Positions 46,541 through 61,490 of a DNA stretch of 64,000 bases are shown one piece after another; position 1 is the first letter of the stretch, and each line of letters begins with the position of its first letter. The notes beneath the pieces were generated by a model, which was not told the origin of the DNA, searched no databases, and saw nothing but the letters and a program-made list of their open reading frames with translations. Source of the DNA: the human T2T-CHM13v2.0 reference genome, Homo sapiens. A program made the position numbers and the translations under genes. Where the stretch lies: assembly GCF_009914755.1 (NCBI RefSeq), contig NC_060937.1. The stretch is one strand, 5' to 3'.

Positions 46541-49500
46541 ATGTACATAAAATATGAAAGTACATCAAATATAGATTATATACTGTACATAAAATACCAA
46601 AGTACACCAAATATATATTTTATACTGTACATGCAATATCACAGTTCACAAACTATATATTATATACTGTACATAAAATATCAAAGTACCCAAGGTATAT
46701 ATTCTATACTGTGCAAAAAATATCAAAGTACCCAAAGCATGTATTATATACTGTACATAAAATATGAAAGTACATCAAATATATATTTTATTCTGTACAT
46801 AAAATATCAAAGTACACTAAATATATATTCTATAGTGTACATAAAATATCAAAGTACCCAAACTATACATTATATAGTGTACATAAAATATGAAATTACA
46901 TCAAATATATATTATATTAGGTACATAAAATATGAAAGTACATCAAATATAGATTATATACTGTACATAAAATACCAAAGTACCCCAAATACATATTATA
47001 TACTGTACATGAAATATCAAAGTTCACAAACTATATATTATATACTGTACATAAAATATCAAAGTACCCAAGGTATATATTCTATACTGTACAAAAAATA
47101 TCAAAGTACCCCAAGCAAGTATTATATACTGTACATAAAATATGAAAGTACATCAAATATATATTTTATTCTGTACATAAAGTATCAAAGTACACCAAAT
47201 ATATATTCTATAGTGTACATAAAATATCAAAGTACCCAAACTATACATTATATACTGTAGATAAAATATGAAATTACATCAAATATATATTATATTAGGT
47301 ACTTAAAATATGAAAGTACATCAAATATAAATTATATACTGTACATAAAATACCAAAGTACCCCAAGTATATATTATATACTGTACATGCAATATCAAAG
47401 TTCACAAACTATATATCATATACTGTACATAAAATATCAAAGTACCGAAGGTATATATTCTATAGTGTACAAAAAATATGAAAGTACGCAAAGCATGTAT
47501 TATATACTGTACATAAAATATGAAAGTACATCAAATAAATATTTTATTCTGTACATAAAATATCAAAGTACACCAAATATATATTCTACAGTGTACATAA
47601 AATATCAAAGTACCCAAACTATACATTATATACAGTACATAAAATATGAAATTACATCAAATATATATTATAATAGGTACATAAAATATGAAAGTACATC
47701 AAATATAAATTATATACTGTACATAAAATACCAAAGAACCCCAAATATATATTATATACTGTACATGAAATATCAAAGTTCACAAGCTATATATTATATA
47801 CAGTATATAAAATATCAAAGTACCCAAGGTATATATTCTATACTGTACAAAAAATATCAAAGTACCCAAAGCATGTATTATATACTGTTCATAAAATATG
47901 AAAGTACATCAAATATATATTTTATTCTGTACATAAAATATCAAAGTACAGCAAATATATATTCTATAGTGTACATTAAATATCAAAGTACCCAAACTAT
48001 ACATTATATACTGTACATAAAATATGAAATTACATCAAATATATATTATATTAGGTACATAAAATATGAAAGTACATCAAATATAGATTATATACTGTAC
48101 ATAAAATACCAAAGTACCCCAAGTACATATTATATACTGTACATGAAATATCAAAGTTCACAAACTATATATTATATACTGTACATAAAATATCAAAGTA
48201 CCCAAGGTATATATTCTATACTGTACAAAAAATATCAAAGTACCCAAAGCAAGTATTATATACTGTACATAAAATATTAAAGTACATCAAATATATATTT
48301 TATTCTGTACATAAAGTATCAAAGTACACCAAATATATATTCTATAGTGTACATAAAATATCAAAGTACCCAAACTATACATTATATACTGTACATAAAA
48401 TATGAAATTACATCAAATATATATTATATTAGGTACTTAAAATATGAAAGTACATCAAATATAAATTATATACTGTACATAAAATACCAAAGTACCCCAA
48501 ATATATATTATATACTGTACATGCAATATCAAAGTTCACAAACTATATATCATATACTGTACATAAAATATCAAAGTACCGAAAGTATATATTCTATAGT
48601 GTACAAAAAATATGAAAGTACGCAAAGCATGTATTATATACTGTACATAAAATATTAAAGTACATCAAATATATATTTTATTCTGTACATAAAACATCAA
48701 AGTACACCAAATATATATTCTATAGTGTACATAAAATATCAAAGTACCAAACTATACATTATATACAGTACATAAAATATGAAATTACATCAAATATATA
48801 TTATAATAGGTACATAAAATATGAAAGTACATCAAATATACATTATATACTGTACATAAAATACCAAAGAACCCCAAATATATATTATATACTGTACATG
48901 AAATATCAAAGTTCACAAACTATATATTATATACTGTATAGAAAATATCAAAGTACCCAAGGTATATATTCTATAATGTACAAAAAATATCAAAGTACCC
49001 AAAGCATGTATTATATACTGTTCATAAAATATGAAAGTACATCAAATATATATTTTATTCTGTACATAAAATATCAAAGTACACCAAATATATATTCTAT
49101 AGTGTACATTAAATATCAAAGTACCCAAACTATACATTATATACTGTACATAAAATATGAAATTACATCAAATATATATTATATTAGGTACATAAAATAT
49201 GAAAGTACATCAAATATAGATTATATACTGTACATAAAATACCAAAGTACCCCAAGTACATATTATATACTGTACATGAAATATCAAAGTTCACAAACTA
49301 TATATTATATACTGTACATAAAATATCAAAGTACCCAAGGTATATATTCTATACTGTGCAAAAAATTTCAAAGTACCCAAAGCAAGTATTATATACTGTA
49401 CATAAAATATGAAAGTACATCAAATATATATTTTATTCTGTACATAAAATATCAAAGTACACCAAATATATATTCTATAGTGTACATAAAATATCAAAGT

Positions 49501-52500
49501 ACCCAAACTATACATTATAAACTGTACATAAAATATGAAATTACATCAATATATACTATATTATGTACATAAAATATGAAAGTACATCAAATATAGATTA
49601 TATACTGTACATAAAATACCAAAGTACACCAAATATATATTTTATACTGTACATGCAATATCACAGTTCACAAACTATATATTATATACTGTACATAAAA
49701 TATCAAAGTACCCAAGGTATATATTCTATACTGTGCAAAAAATATCAAAGTACCCAAAGCATGTATTATATACTGTACATAAAATATGAAAGTACATCAA
49801 ATATATATTTTATTCTGTACATAAAATATCAAAGTACACTAAATATATATTCTATAGTGTACATAAAATATCAAAGTACCCAAACTATACATTATATAGT
49901 GTACATAAAATATGAAATTACATCAAATATATATTATATTAGGTACATAAAATATGAAAGTACATCAAATATAGATTATATACTGTACATAAAATACCAA
50001 AGTACCCCAAATACATATTATATACTGTACATGAAATATCAAAGTTCACAAACTATATATTATATACTGTACATAAAATATCAAAGTACCCAAGGTATAT
50101 ATTCTATACTGTACAAAAAATATCAAAGTACCCCAAGCAAGTATTATATACTGTACATAAAATATGAAAGTACATCAAATATATATTTTATTCTGTACAT
50201 AAAGTATCAAAGTACACCAAATATATATTCTATAGTGTACATAAAATATCAAAGTACCCAAACTATACATTATATACTGTAGATAAAATATGAAATTACA
50301 TCAAATATATATTATATTAGGTACTTAAAATATGAAAGTACATCAAATATAAATTATATACTGTACATAAAATACCAAAGTACCCCAAGTATATATTATA
50401 TACTGTACATGCAATATCAAAGTTCACAAACTATATATCATATACTGTACATAAAATATCAAAGTACCGAAGGTATATATTCTATAGTGTACAAAAAATA
50501 TGAAAGTACGCAAAGCATGTATTATATACTGTACATAAAATATGAAAGTACATCAAATATATATTTTATTCTGTACATAAAATATCAAAGTACACCAAAT
50601 ATATATTCTACAGTGTACATAAAATATCAAAGTACCCAAACTATACATTATATACAGTACATAAAATATGAAATTACATCAAATATATATTATAATAGGT
50701 ACATAAAATATGAAAGTACATCAAATATAAATTATATACTGTACATAAAATACCAAAGAACCCCAAATATATATTATATACTGTACATGAAATATCAAAG
50801 TTCACAAGCTATATATTATATACAGTATATAAAATATCAAAGTACCCAAGGTATATATTCTATACTGTACAAAAAATATCAAAGTACCCAAAGCATGTAT
50901 TATATACTGTACATAAAATATGAAAGTACATCAAATATATATTTTATTCTGTACATAAAATATCAAAGTACACCAAATATATATTCTATAGTGTACATAA
51001 AATATCAAAGTACCCAAACTATACATTATATACTGTACATAAAATATGAAATTACATCAAATATATATTACCTTAGGTACATAAAATATGAAAGTACATC
51101 AAATATAGATTATATACTGTACATAAAATACCAAAGTACCCCAAATACATATTATATACTGTACATGCAATATCAAAGTTCACAAACTATATATTATATA
51201 CTGTACATAAAATATCAAAGCACCCAAGGTATATATTCTATACTGTACAAAAAATATAAAAGTACCCAAAACATGTATTATATACTGTACATAAAATATG
51301 AAAGTACATCAAATATATATTTTATTCTGTACATAAAATATCAAAGTACACCAAATATATATTCTATAGTGTACATAAAATATCAAAGTACCCAAACTAT
51401 ACATTATATACTGTACATAAAATATGAAATTACATCAAATATATATTATAATAGGTACATAAAATATGAAAGTACATCAAATATAAATTATGTACTGTAC
51501 ATAAAATACCAAAGAACCCCAAATATATATTATATACTGTACATGAAATATCAAAGTTCACAAACTATATATTATATACTGTACATAAAATATCAAAGTA
51601 CCCAAGGTATATATTCTATACTGTACAAAAAATATCAAAGTACCCAAAGCATGTATCATATACTGTACATAAAATATGAAAGTACATCAAATATATATTT
51701 TATTCTGTACATAAAATATCAAAGTACACCAAATATATATTCTATAGTGTACATAAAATATCAAAGTACCCAAACTATACATTTTATACTGTACATAAAA
51801 TATGAAATTATATCAAATATATATTACATTAGGTACATAAAATATGAAAGTACATCAAATATAGATTATATACTGTACATAAAATATCAAATTACCCCAA
51901 ATATATATTATATACTGTACATGAAATATCAAAGTTCACAAACTATATATTATATACTGTACATAAAATATCAAAGTACCCAAGGTATATATTCTGTACT
52001 GTACAAAAAATATCAAAGTACCCAAAGCATGTATTATATACTGTACATAAAATATGAAAGTACATCAAATAAATGTTTTATTCTGTACATAAAATATCAA
52101 AGTACACCAAATATATATTCTACACTGTACATAAAATATCAAAGTACCCAAACTATACATTATAAACTGTACATAAAATATGAAATTACATCAATATATA
52201 CTATATTATGTACATAAAATATGAAAGTACATCAAATATAGATTATATACTGTACATAAAATACCAAAGTACACCAAATATATATTTTATACTGTACATG
52301 CAATATCACAGTTCACAAACTATATATTATATACTGTACATAAAATATCAAAGTACCCAAGGTATATATTCTATACTGTGCAAAAAATATCAAAGTACCC
52401 AAAGCATGTATTATATACTGTACATAAAATATGAAAGTACATCAAATATATATTTTATTCTGTACATAAAATATCAAAGTACACTAAATATATATTCTAT

Positions 52501-55500
52501 AGTGTACATAAAATATCAAAGTACCCAAACTATACATTATATAGTGTACATAAAATATGAAATTACATCAAATATATATTATATTAGGTACATAAAATAT
52601 GAAAGTACATCAAATATAGATTATATACTGTACATAAAATACCAAAGTACCCCAAATACTTATTATATACTGTACATGCAATATCAAAGTTCACAAACTA
52701 TATATTATATACTGTACATAAAATATCAAAGCACCCAAGGTATATATTCTATACTGTACAAAAAATATAAAAGTACCCAAAACATGTATTATATACTGTA
52801 CATAAAATATGAAAGTACATCAAATATATATTTTATTCTGTACATAAAATATCAAAGTACACCAAATATATATTCTATAGTGTACATAAAATATCAAAGT
52901 ACCCAAACTATACATTATATACTGTACATAAAATATGAAATTACATCAAATATATATTATAATAGGTACATAAAATATGAAAGTACATCAAATATAAATT
53001 ATGTACTGTACATAAAATACCAAAGAACCCCAAATATATATTATATACTGTACATGAAATATCAAAGTTCACAAACTATATATTATATACTGTACATAAA
53101 ATATCAAAGTACCCAAGGTATATATTCTATACTGTACAAAAAATATCAAAGTACCCAAAGCATGTATCATATACTGTACATAAAATATGAAAGTACATCA
53201 AATATATATTTTATTCTGTACATAAAATATCAAAGTACACCAAATATATATTCTATAGTGTACATAAAATATCAAAGTACCCAAACTATACATTTTATAC
53301 TGTACATAAAATATGAAATTATATCAAATATATATTACATTAGGTACATAAAATATGAAAGTACATCAAATATAGATTATATACTGTACATAAAATATCA
53401 AATTACCCCAAATATATATTATATACTGTACATGAAATATCAAAGTTCACAAACTATATATTATATACTGTACATAAAATATCAAAGTACCCAAGGTATA
53501 TATTCTGTACTGTACAAAAAATATCAAAGTACCCAAAGCATGTATTATATACTGTACATAAAATATGAAAGTACATCAAATAAATGTTTTATTCTGTACA
53601 TAAAATATCAAAGTACACCAAATATATATTCTACACTGTACATAAAATATCAAAGTACCCAAACTATACATTATAAACTGTACATAAAATATGAAATTAC
53701 ATCAATATATACTATATTATGTACATAAAATATGAAAGTACATCAAATATAGATTATATACTGTACATAAAATACCAAAGTACACCAAATATATATTTTA
53801 TACTGTACATGCAATATCACAGTTCACAAACTATATATTATATACTGTACATAAAATATCAAAGTACCCAAGGTATATATTCTATACTGTGCAAAAAATA
53901 TCAAAGTACCCAAAGCATGTATTATATACTGTACATAAAATATGAAAGTACATCAAATATATATTTTATTCTGTACATAAAATATCAAAGTACACTAAAT
54001 ATATATTCTATAGTGTACATAAAATATCAAAGTACCCAAACTATACATTATATAGTGTACATAAAATATGAAATTACATCAAATATATATTATATTAGGT
54101 ACATAAAATATGAAAGTACATCAAATATAGATTATATACTGTACATAAAATACCAAAGTACCCCAAATACATATTATATACTGTACATGAAATATCAAAG
54201 TTCACAAACTATATATTATATACTGTACATAAAATATCAAAGTACCCAAGGTATATATTCTATACTGTACAAAAAATATCAAAGTACCCAAAGCATGTAT
54301 TATATACTATACATAAAATATGAAAGTACATCAAATATATATTTTATTCTGTACATAAAATATCAAAGTACACCAAATATATATTCTATAGTGTACATAA
54401 AATATCAAAGTACCCAAACTATACATTATATACTGTACATAAAATATGAAATTACATCAAATATATATTACCTTAGGTACATAAAATATGAAAGTACATC
54501 AAATATAGATTATATACTGTACATAAAATACCAAAGTACCCCAAATACATATTATATACTGTACATGCAATATCAAAGTTCACAAACTATATATTATATA
54601 CTGTACATAAAATATCAAAGCACCCAAGGTATATATTCTATACTGTACAAAAAATATAAAAGTACCCAAAACATGTATTATATACTGTACATAAAATATG
54701 AAAGTACATCAAATATATATTTTATTCTGTACATAAAATATCAAAGTACACCAAATATATATTCTATAGTGTACATAAAATATCAAAGTACCCAAACTAT
54801 ACATTATATACTGTACATAAAATATGAAATTACATCAAATATATATTATAATAGGTACATAAAATATGAAAGTACATCAAATATAAATTATGTACTGTAC
54901 ATAAAATACCAAAGAACCCCAAATATATATTATATACTGTACATGAAATATCAAAGTTCACAAACTATATATTATATACTGTACATAAAATATCAAAGTA
55001 CCCAAGGTATATATTCTATACTGTACAAAAAATATCAAAGTACCCAAAGCATGTATCATATACTGTACATAAAATATGAAAGTACATCAAATATATATTT
55101 TATTCTGTACATAAAATATCAAAGTACACCAAATATATATTCTATAGTGTACATAAAATATCAAAGTACCCAAACTATACATTTTATACTGTACATAAAA
55201 TATGAAATTATATCAAATATATATTACATTAGGTACATAAAATATGAAAGTACATCAAATATAGATTATATACTGTACATAAAATATCAAATTACCCCAA
55301 ATATATATTATATACTGTACATGAAATATCAAAGTTCACAAACTATATATTATATACTGTACATAAAATATCAAAGTACCCAAGGTATATATTCTGTACT
55401 GTACAAAAAATATCAAAGTACCCAAAGCATGTATTATATACTGTACATAAAATATGAAAGTACATCACATAAATGTTTTATTCTGTACATAAAATATCAA

Positions 55501-57360
55501 AGTACACCAAATATATATTCTACACTGTACATAAAATATCAAAGTACCCAAACTATACATTATAAACTGTACATAAAATATGAAATTACATCAATATATA
55601 CTATATTATGTACATAAAATATGAAAGTACATCAAATATAGATTATATACTGTACATAAAATACCAAAGTACACCAAATATATATTTTATACTGTACATG
55701 CAATATCACAGTTCACAAACTATATATTATATACTGTACATAAAATATCAAAGTACCCAAGGTATATATTCTATACTGTGCAAAAAATATCAAAGTACCC
55801 AAAGCATGTATTATATACTGTACATAAAATATGAAAGTACATCAAATATATATTTTATTCTGTACATAAAATATCAAAGTACACTAAATATATATTCTAT
55901 AGTGTACATAAAATATCAAAGTACCCAAACTATACATTATATAGTGTACATAAAATATGAAATTACATCAAATATATATTATATTAGGTACATAAAATAT
56001 GAAAGTACATCAAATATAGATTATATACTGTACATAAAATACCAAAGTACCCCAAATACATATTATATACTGTACATGAAATATCAAAGTTCACAAACTA
56101 TATATTATATACTGTACATAAAATATCAAAGTACCCAAGGTATATATTCTATACTGTACAAAAAATATCAAAGTACCCCAAGCAAGTATTATATACTGTA
56201 CATAAAATATGAAAGTACATCAAATATATATTTTATTCTGTACATAAAGTATCAAAGTACACCAAATATATATTCTATAGTGTACATAAAATATCAAAGT
56301 ACCCAAACTATACATTATATACTGTAGATAAAATATGAAATTACATCAAATATATATTATATTAGGTACTTAAAATATGAAAGTACATCAAATATAAATT
56401 ATATACTGTACATAAAATACCAAAGTACCCCAAGTATATATTATATACTGTACATGCAATATCAAAGTTCACAAACTATATATCATATACTGTACATAAA
56501 ATATCAAAGTACCGAAGGTATATATTCTATAGTGTACAAAAAATATGAAAGTACGCAAAGCATGTATTATATACTGTACATAAAATATGAAAGTACATCA
56601 AATATATATTTTATTCTGTACATAAAATATCAAAGTACACCAAATATATATTCTACAGTGTACATAAAATATCAAAGTACCCAAACTATACATTATATAC
56701 AGTACATAAAATATGAAATTACATCAAATATATATTATAATAGGTACATAAAATATGAAAGTACATCAAATATAAATTATATACTGTACATAAAATACCA
56801 AAGAACCCCAAATATATATTATATACTGTACATGAAATATCAAAGTTCACAAGCTATATATTATATACAGTATATAAAATATCAAAGTACCCAAGGTATA
56901 TATTCTATACTGTACAAAAAATATCAAAGTACCCAAAGCATGTATTATATACTGTACATAAAATATGAAAGTACATCAAATATATATTTTATTCTGTACA
57001 TAAAATATCAAAGTACACCAAATATATATTCTATAGTGTACATAAAATATCAAAGTACCCAAACTATACATTATATACTGTACATAAAATATGAAATTAC
57101 ATCAAATATATATTACCTTAGGTACATAAAATATGAAAGTACATCAAATATAGATTATATACTGTACATAAAATACCAAAGTACCCCAAATACATATTAT
57201 ATACTGTACATGCAATATCAAAGTTCACAAACTATATATTATATACTGTACATAAAATATCAAAGCACCCAAGGTATATATTCTATACTGTACAAAAAAT
57301 ATAAAAGTACCCAAAACATGTATTATATACTGTACATAAAATATGAAAGTACATCAAATA
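46541..57360 (+). repeat. Dispersed three-copy block of ~1.4-1.8 kb (starts 46541, 49563, 55608)
   Basis: Identical 239-aa ORFs at 46541, 49563 and 55608, followed by matching ORF starts at 47387, 50409 and 56454. Shared markers: ccccaagcaag, ataaagtatc, ctgtagata, aggtacttaa, cacaagct..cagtatat. Offsets 3022 and 6045. Confidence 0.88.
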
Positions 57361-58249
57361 AATGTTTTATTCTGTACATAAAATATCAAAGTACACCAAA
57401 TATATATTCTACACTGTACATAAAATATCAAAGTACCCAAACTATACATTATATACTGTACATAAAATATGAAATTACATCAAATATATATTTCTTTAGG
57501 TACATAAAATATGAAAGTACATCAAATATAGATTATATACTGTACATAAAATATCAAAGTACCCCAAATATATATTATATACTGTACATGAAATATCAAA
57601 GTTGACAAACTATATATTATATACTGTACATAAAATATCAAAGTACCCAAGGTATATATTCTATACTGCACAAAAAATATCAAAGTACCCAAAGCATGTA
57701 TTATATACTGTACATAAAATATGAAAGTACATCAAATAAATATTTTATTCTGTACATAAAATATCAAAGTACACCAAATATATATTATATACTGTACATA
57801 AAATATCAAAGTACCCAAACTATACATTATATACTGTACATAAAATATGAAATTACATCAAATATATATTATATTAGGTACATAAAATATGAAAGTACAT
57901 CAAACATAAATTATATACTGTACATAAAATACCAAAGTACCCCAAATATATATTATATACTGTACATGCAATATCAAAGTTCACAAACTATATATCATAT
58001 ACTGTACATAAAATATCAAAGTACCCAAGGTATATATTCTATACTGTACAAAAAATATCAAAGTACCCAAAGCATGTATTATATACTGTACATAAAATAT
58101 GAAAGTACATCAAATATATATTTTATTCTGTACATAAAATATCAAAGTACACCAAATATATATTCTATAGTGTACATAAAATATCAAAGTACCCAAACTA
58201 TACATTATATACTGTACATAAAATATGAAATTACATCAAATATATATTA

Positions 58250-61200
58250 CCTTAGGTACATAAAATATGAAAGTACATCAAATATAGATTATATACTGTA
58301 CATAAAATACCAAAGTACCCCAAATACATATTATATACTGTACATGCAATATCAAAGTTCACAAACTATATATTATATACTGTACATAAAATATCAAAGC
58401 ACCCAAGGTATATATTCTATACTGTACAAAAAATATAAAAGTACCCGAAACATGTATTATATACTGTACATAAAATATGAAAGTACATCAAATATATATT
58501 TTATTCTGTACATAAAATATCAAAGTACACCAAATATATATTCTATAGTGTACATAAAATATCAAAGTACCCAAACTATACATTATATACTGTACATAAA
58601 ATATGAAATTACATCAAATATATATTATAATAGGTACATAAAATATGAAAGTACATCAAATATAAATTATGTACTGTACATAAAATACCAAAGAACCCCA
58701 AATATATATTATATACTGTACATGAAATATCAAAGTTCACAAACTATATATTATATACTGTATATAAAATATCAAAGTACCCAAGGTATATATTCTATAC
58801 TGTACAAAAAATATCAAAGTACCCAAAGCATGTATTATATACTGTTCATAAAATATGAAAGTACATCAAATATATATTTCATTCCGTACATAAAATATCA
58901 AAGTACACCAAATATATATTCTATAGTGTACATTAAATATCAAAGTACCCAAACTATACATTGTATACTGTACATAAAATATGAAATTACATCAAATATA
59001 TATTATATTAGGTACATAAAGTATGAAAGTACATCAAATATAGATTATATACTGTACATAAAATACCAAAGTACCCCAAATACATATTATATACTGTACA
59101 TGAAATATCAAAGTTCACAAACTATATATTATATACTGTACATAAAATATCAAAGTACCGAAGGTATATATTCTATACTGTACAAAAAATATCAAAGTAC
59201 CCAAAGCATGTATTATATACTGTACATAAAATATGAAAGTACATCAAATATATATTTTATTTTGTACATAAAATATCAGTATACCAAATATATATTCTAT
59301 AGTGTACTTAAAATATCAAAGTACCCAAACTGTACACTACATACTGTACATAAAATATGAAATTACATCAAATATATATTATATTAGGTACATAAAATAT
59401 GAAAGTACATCAACTATAAATTATATACTGTACATAAAATACCAAAGTACCCCAAATATATATTATATACTGTACATAAAATATCAAAGTACCGAAAGTA
59501 TATATTCTATACTGTACAAAAAATATCAAAGTACCCAAAGCATGTATTATATACTGTACATAAATTACGAAAGTACATCAAATATATATTTTATTCTGTA
59601 CATAAAATATCAAAGTACACCAAATATATATTCTATAGTGTACATTAAATATCAAAGTACCCAAACTATACATTATATACTGTACATAAAATATGAAATT
59701 ACATCAAATATATATTATATTAGGTACATAAAATATGAAAGTACATCAAATATATATTATATACTCTACATAAAATACCAAAGTACCCCAAATACATATT
59801 ATATACTGTACATGCAATATCAAAGTTCACACACTATATATTATATACTGTACATAAAATATCAAAGTACCGAAGCTATATATTCTATACTGTACAAAAA
59901 ATATCAAAGTACCCAAAGCATGTATTATATACTGTACATAAAATATGAAAGTACATCAAATATATATTTAATTCTGTACATAAAATATCAAAGTACACCA
60001 AATATATATTCTATAGTGTACATAAAATATCAAAGTACCCAAACTATACATTATATACTGTACATAAAATATGAAATTACATCAAATATATATTACATTA
60101 GGTACATAAAATATGAAAGTACATCAAATATAGATTATATACTGTACATAAAATACCAAAGTAACCCAAATACATATTATATACTGTACATGCAATATCA
60201 AAGTTCACAAACTATATATTATATACTGTACATAAAATATCAAAGCACCCAAGGTATATATTCTATACTGTACAAAAAATATAAAAGTACCCAAAAAATG
60301 TATTATATACTGTACATAAAATATGAAAGTACATCAAATATATATTTTATTCTGTACATAAAATATCAAAGTACACCAAATATATATTCTATAGAGTACA
60401 TAAAATATCAAAGTACCCAAACTATACATTATATACTGTACATAAAATATGAAATTACATCAAATATATATTATAATAGGTACATAAAATATGAAAGTAC
60501 ATCAAATATAAATTATGTACTGTACATAAAATACCAAAGAACCCCAAATATATATTATATACTGTACATGAAATATCAAAGTTCACAAACTATATATTAT
60601 ATACTGTATATAAAATATCAAAGTACCCAAGGTATATATTCTATACTGTACAAAAAATATCAAAGTACCCAAAGCATGTATTATATACTGTTCATAAAAT
60701 ATGAAAGTACATCAAATATATATTTTATTCTGTACATAAAATATCAAAGTACACCAAATATATATTCTATAGTGTACATTAAATATCAAAGTACCCAAAC
60801 TATACATTGTATACTGTACATAAAATATGAAATTACATCAAATATATATTATATTAGGTACATAAAGAATGAAAGTACATCAAATATAGATTATATACTG
60901 TACATAAAATACCAAAGTACCCCAAATACATATTATATACTGTACATGAATATCAAAGTTCACAAACTATATATTATATACTGTACATAAAATATCAAAG
61001 TACCGAAGGTATATATTCTATACTGTACAAAAAATATCAAAGTACCCAAAGCATGTATTATATACTGTACATAAAATATGAAAGTACATCAAATATATAT
61101 TTTATTTTGTACATAAAATATCAGTATACCAAATATATATTCTATAGTGTACTTAAAATATCAAAGTACCCAAACTGTACACTACATACTGTACATAAAA

Positions 61201-61490
61201 TATGAAATTACATCAAATATATATTATATTAGGTACATAAAATATGAAAGTACATCAACTATAATTTTATACTGTACATAAAATACCAAAGTACCCCAAA
61301 TATATATAATATACTGTACATAAAATATCAAAGTACCGAAAGTATATAGTCTATACTGTACAAAAAATATCAAAGTACCCAAAGCATGTATTATATACTG
61401 TACATAAATTATGAAAGTACATCAAATATATATTTTATTCTGTACATAAAATATCAAAGTACACCAAATATATACTCTATAGTGTACATA
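58250..61490 (+). repeat. ~1845-bp duplication (four 9-mers + one 8-mer)
   Basis: Shared markers at +1845/1846: aaagcacc (58400/60246), cattgtat, attttgtac, 2-bp deletion tcagtatacc (59277/61122), gtacttaa, ctgtacactac, catcaact, and loss of monomer H. Confidence 0.85.

Larger units (their letters stand above)
31630..57400 (+). repeat. Homogenised sub-array tagged by a 1-bp-deletion unit (acatcaatatatactatattatg), 16 copies of the tag
   Basis: The frameshift ...EITSIYTILCT ends ORFs at 32198, 33331, 34842, 36353, 37863, 38996, 40507, 41640, 43151, 44284, 45795, 46550, 49572, 52217, 53728, 55617. Spacings 1133,1511,1511,1510,1133,1511,1133,1511,1133,1511,755,3022,2645,1511,1889 all equal n x 378 minus 1 or 2. 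Confidence 0.93.

Noticed and set aside
48-60990. Dozens of long + strand ORFs as protein-coding genes
   Set aside because: They are translations of the 42-bp satellite (14 codons). They start and stop at random SNVs or indels, show no domain-like content, and frameshifts are freely amplified.
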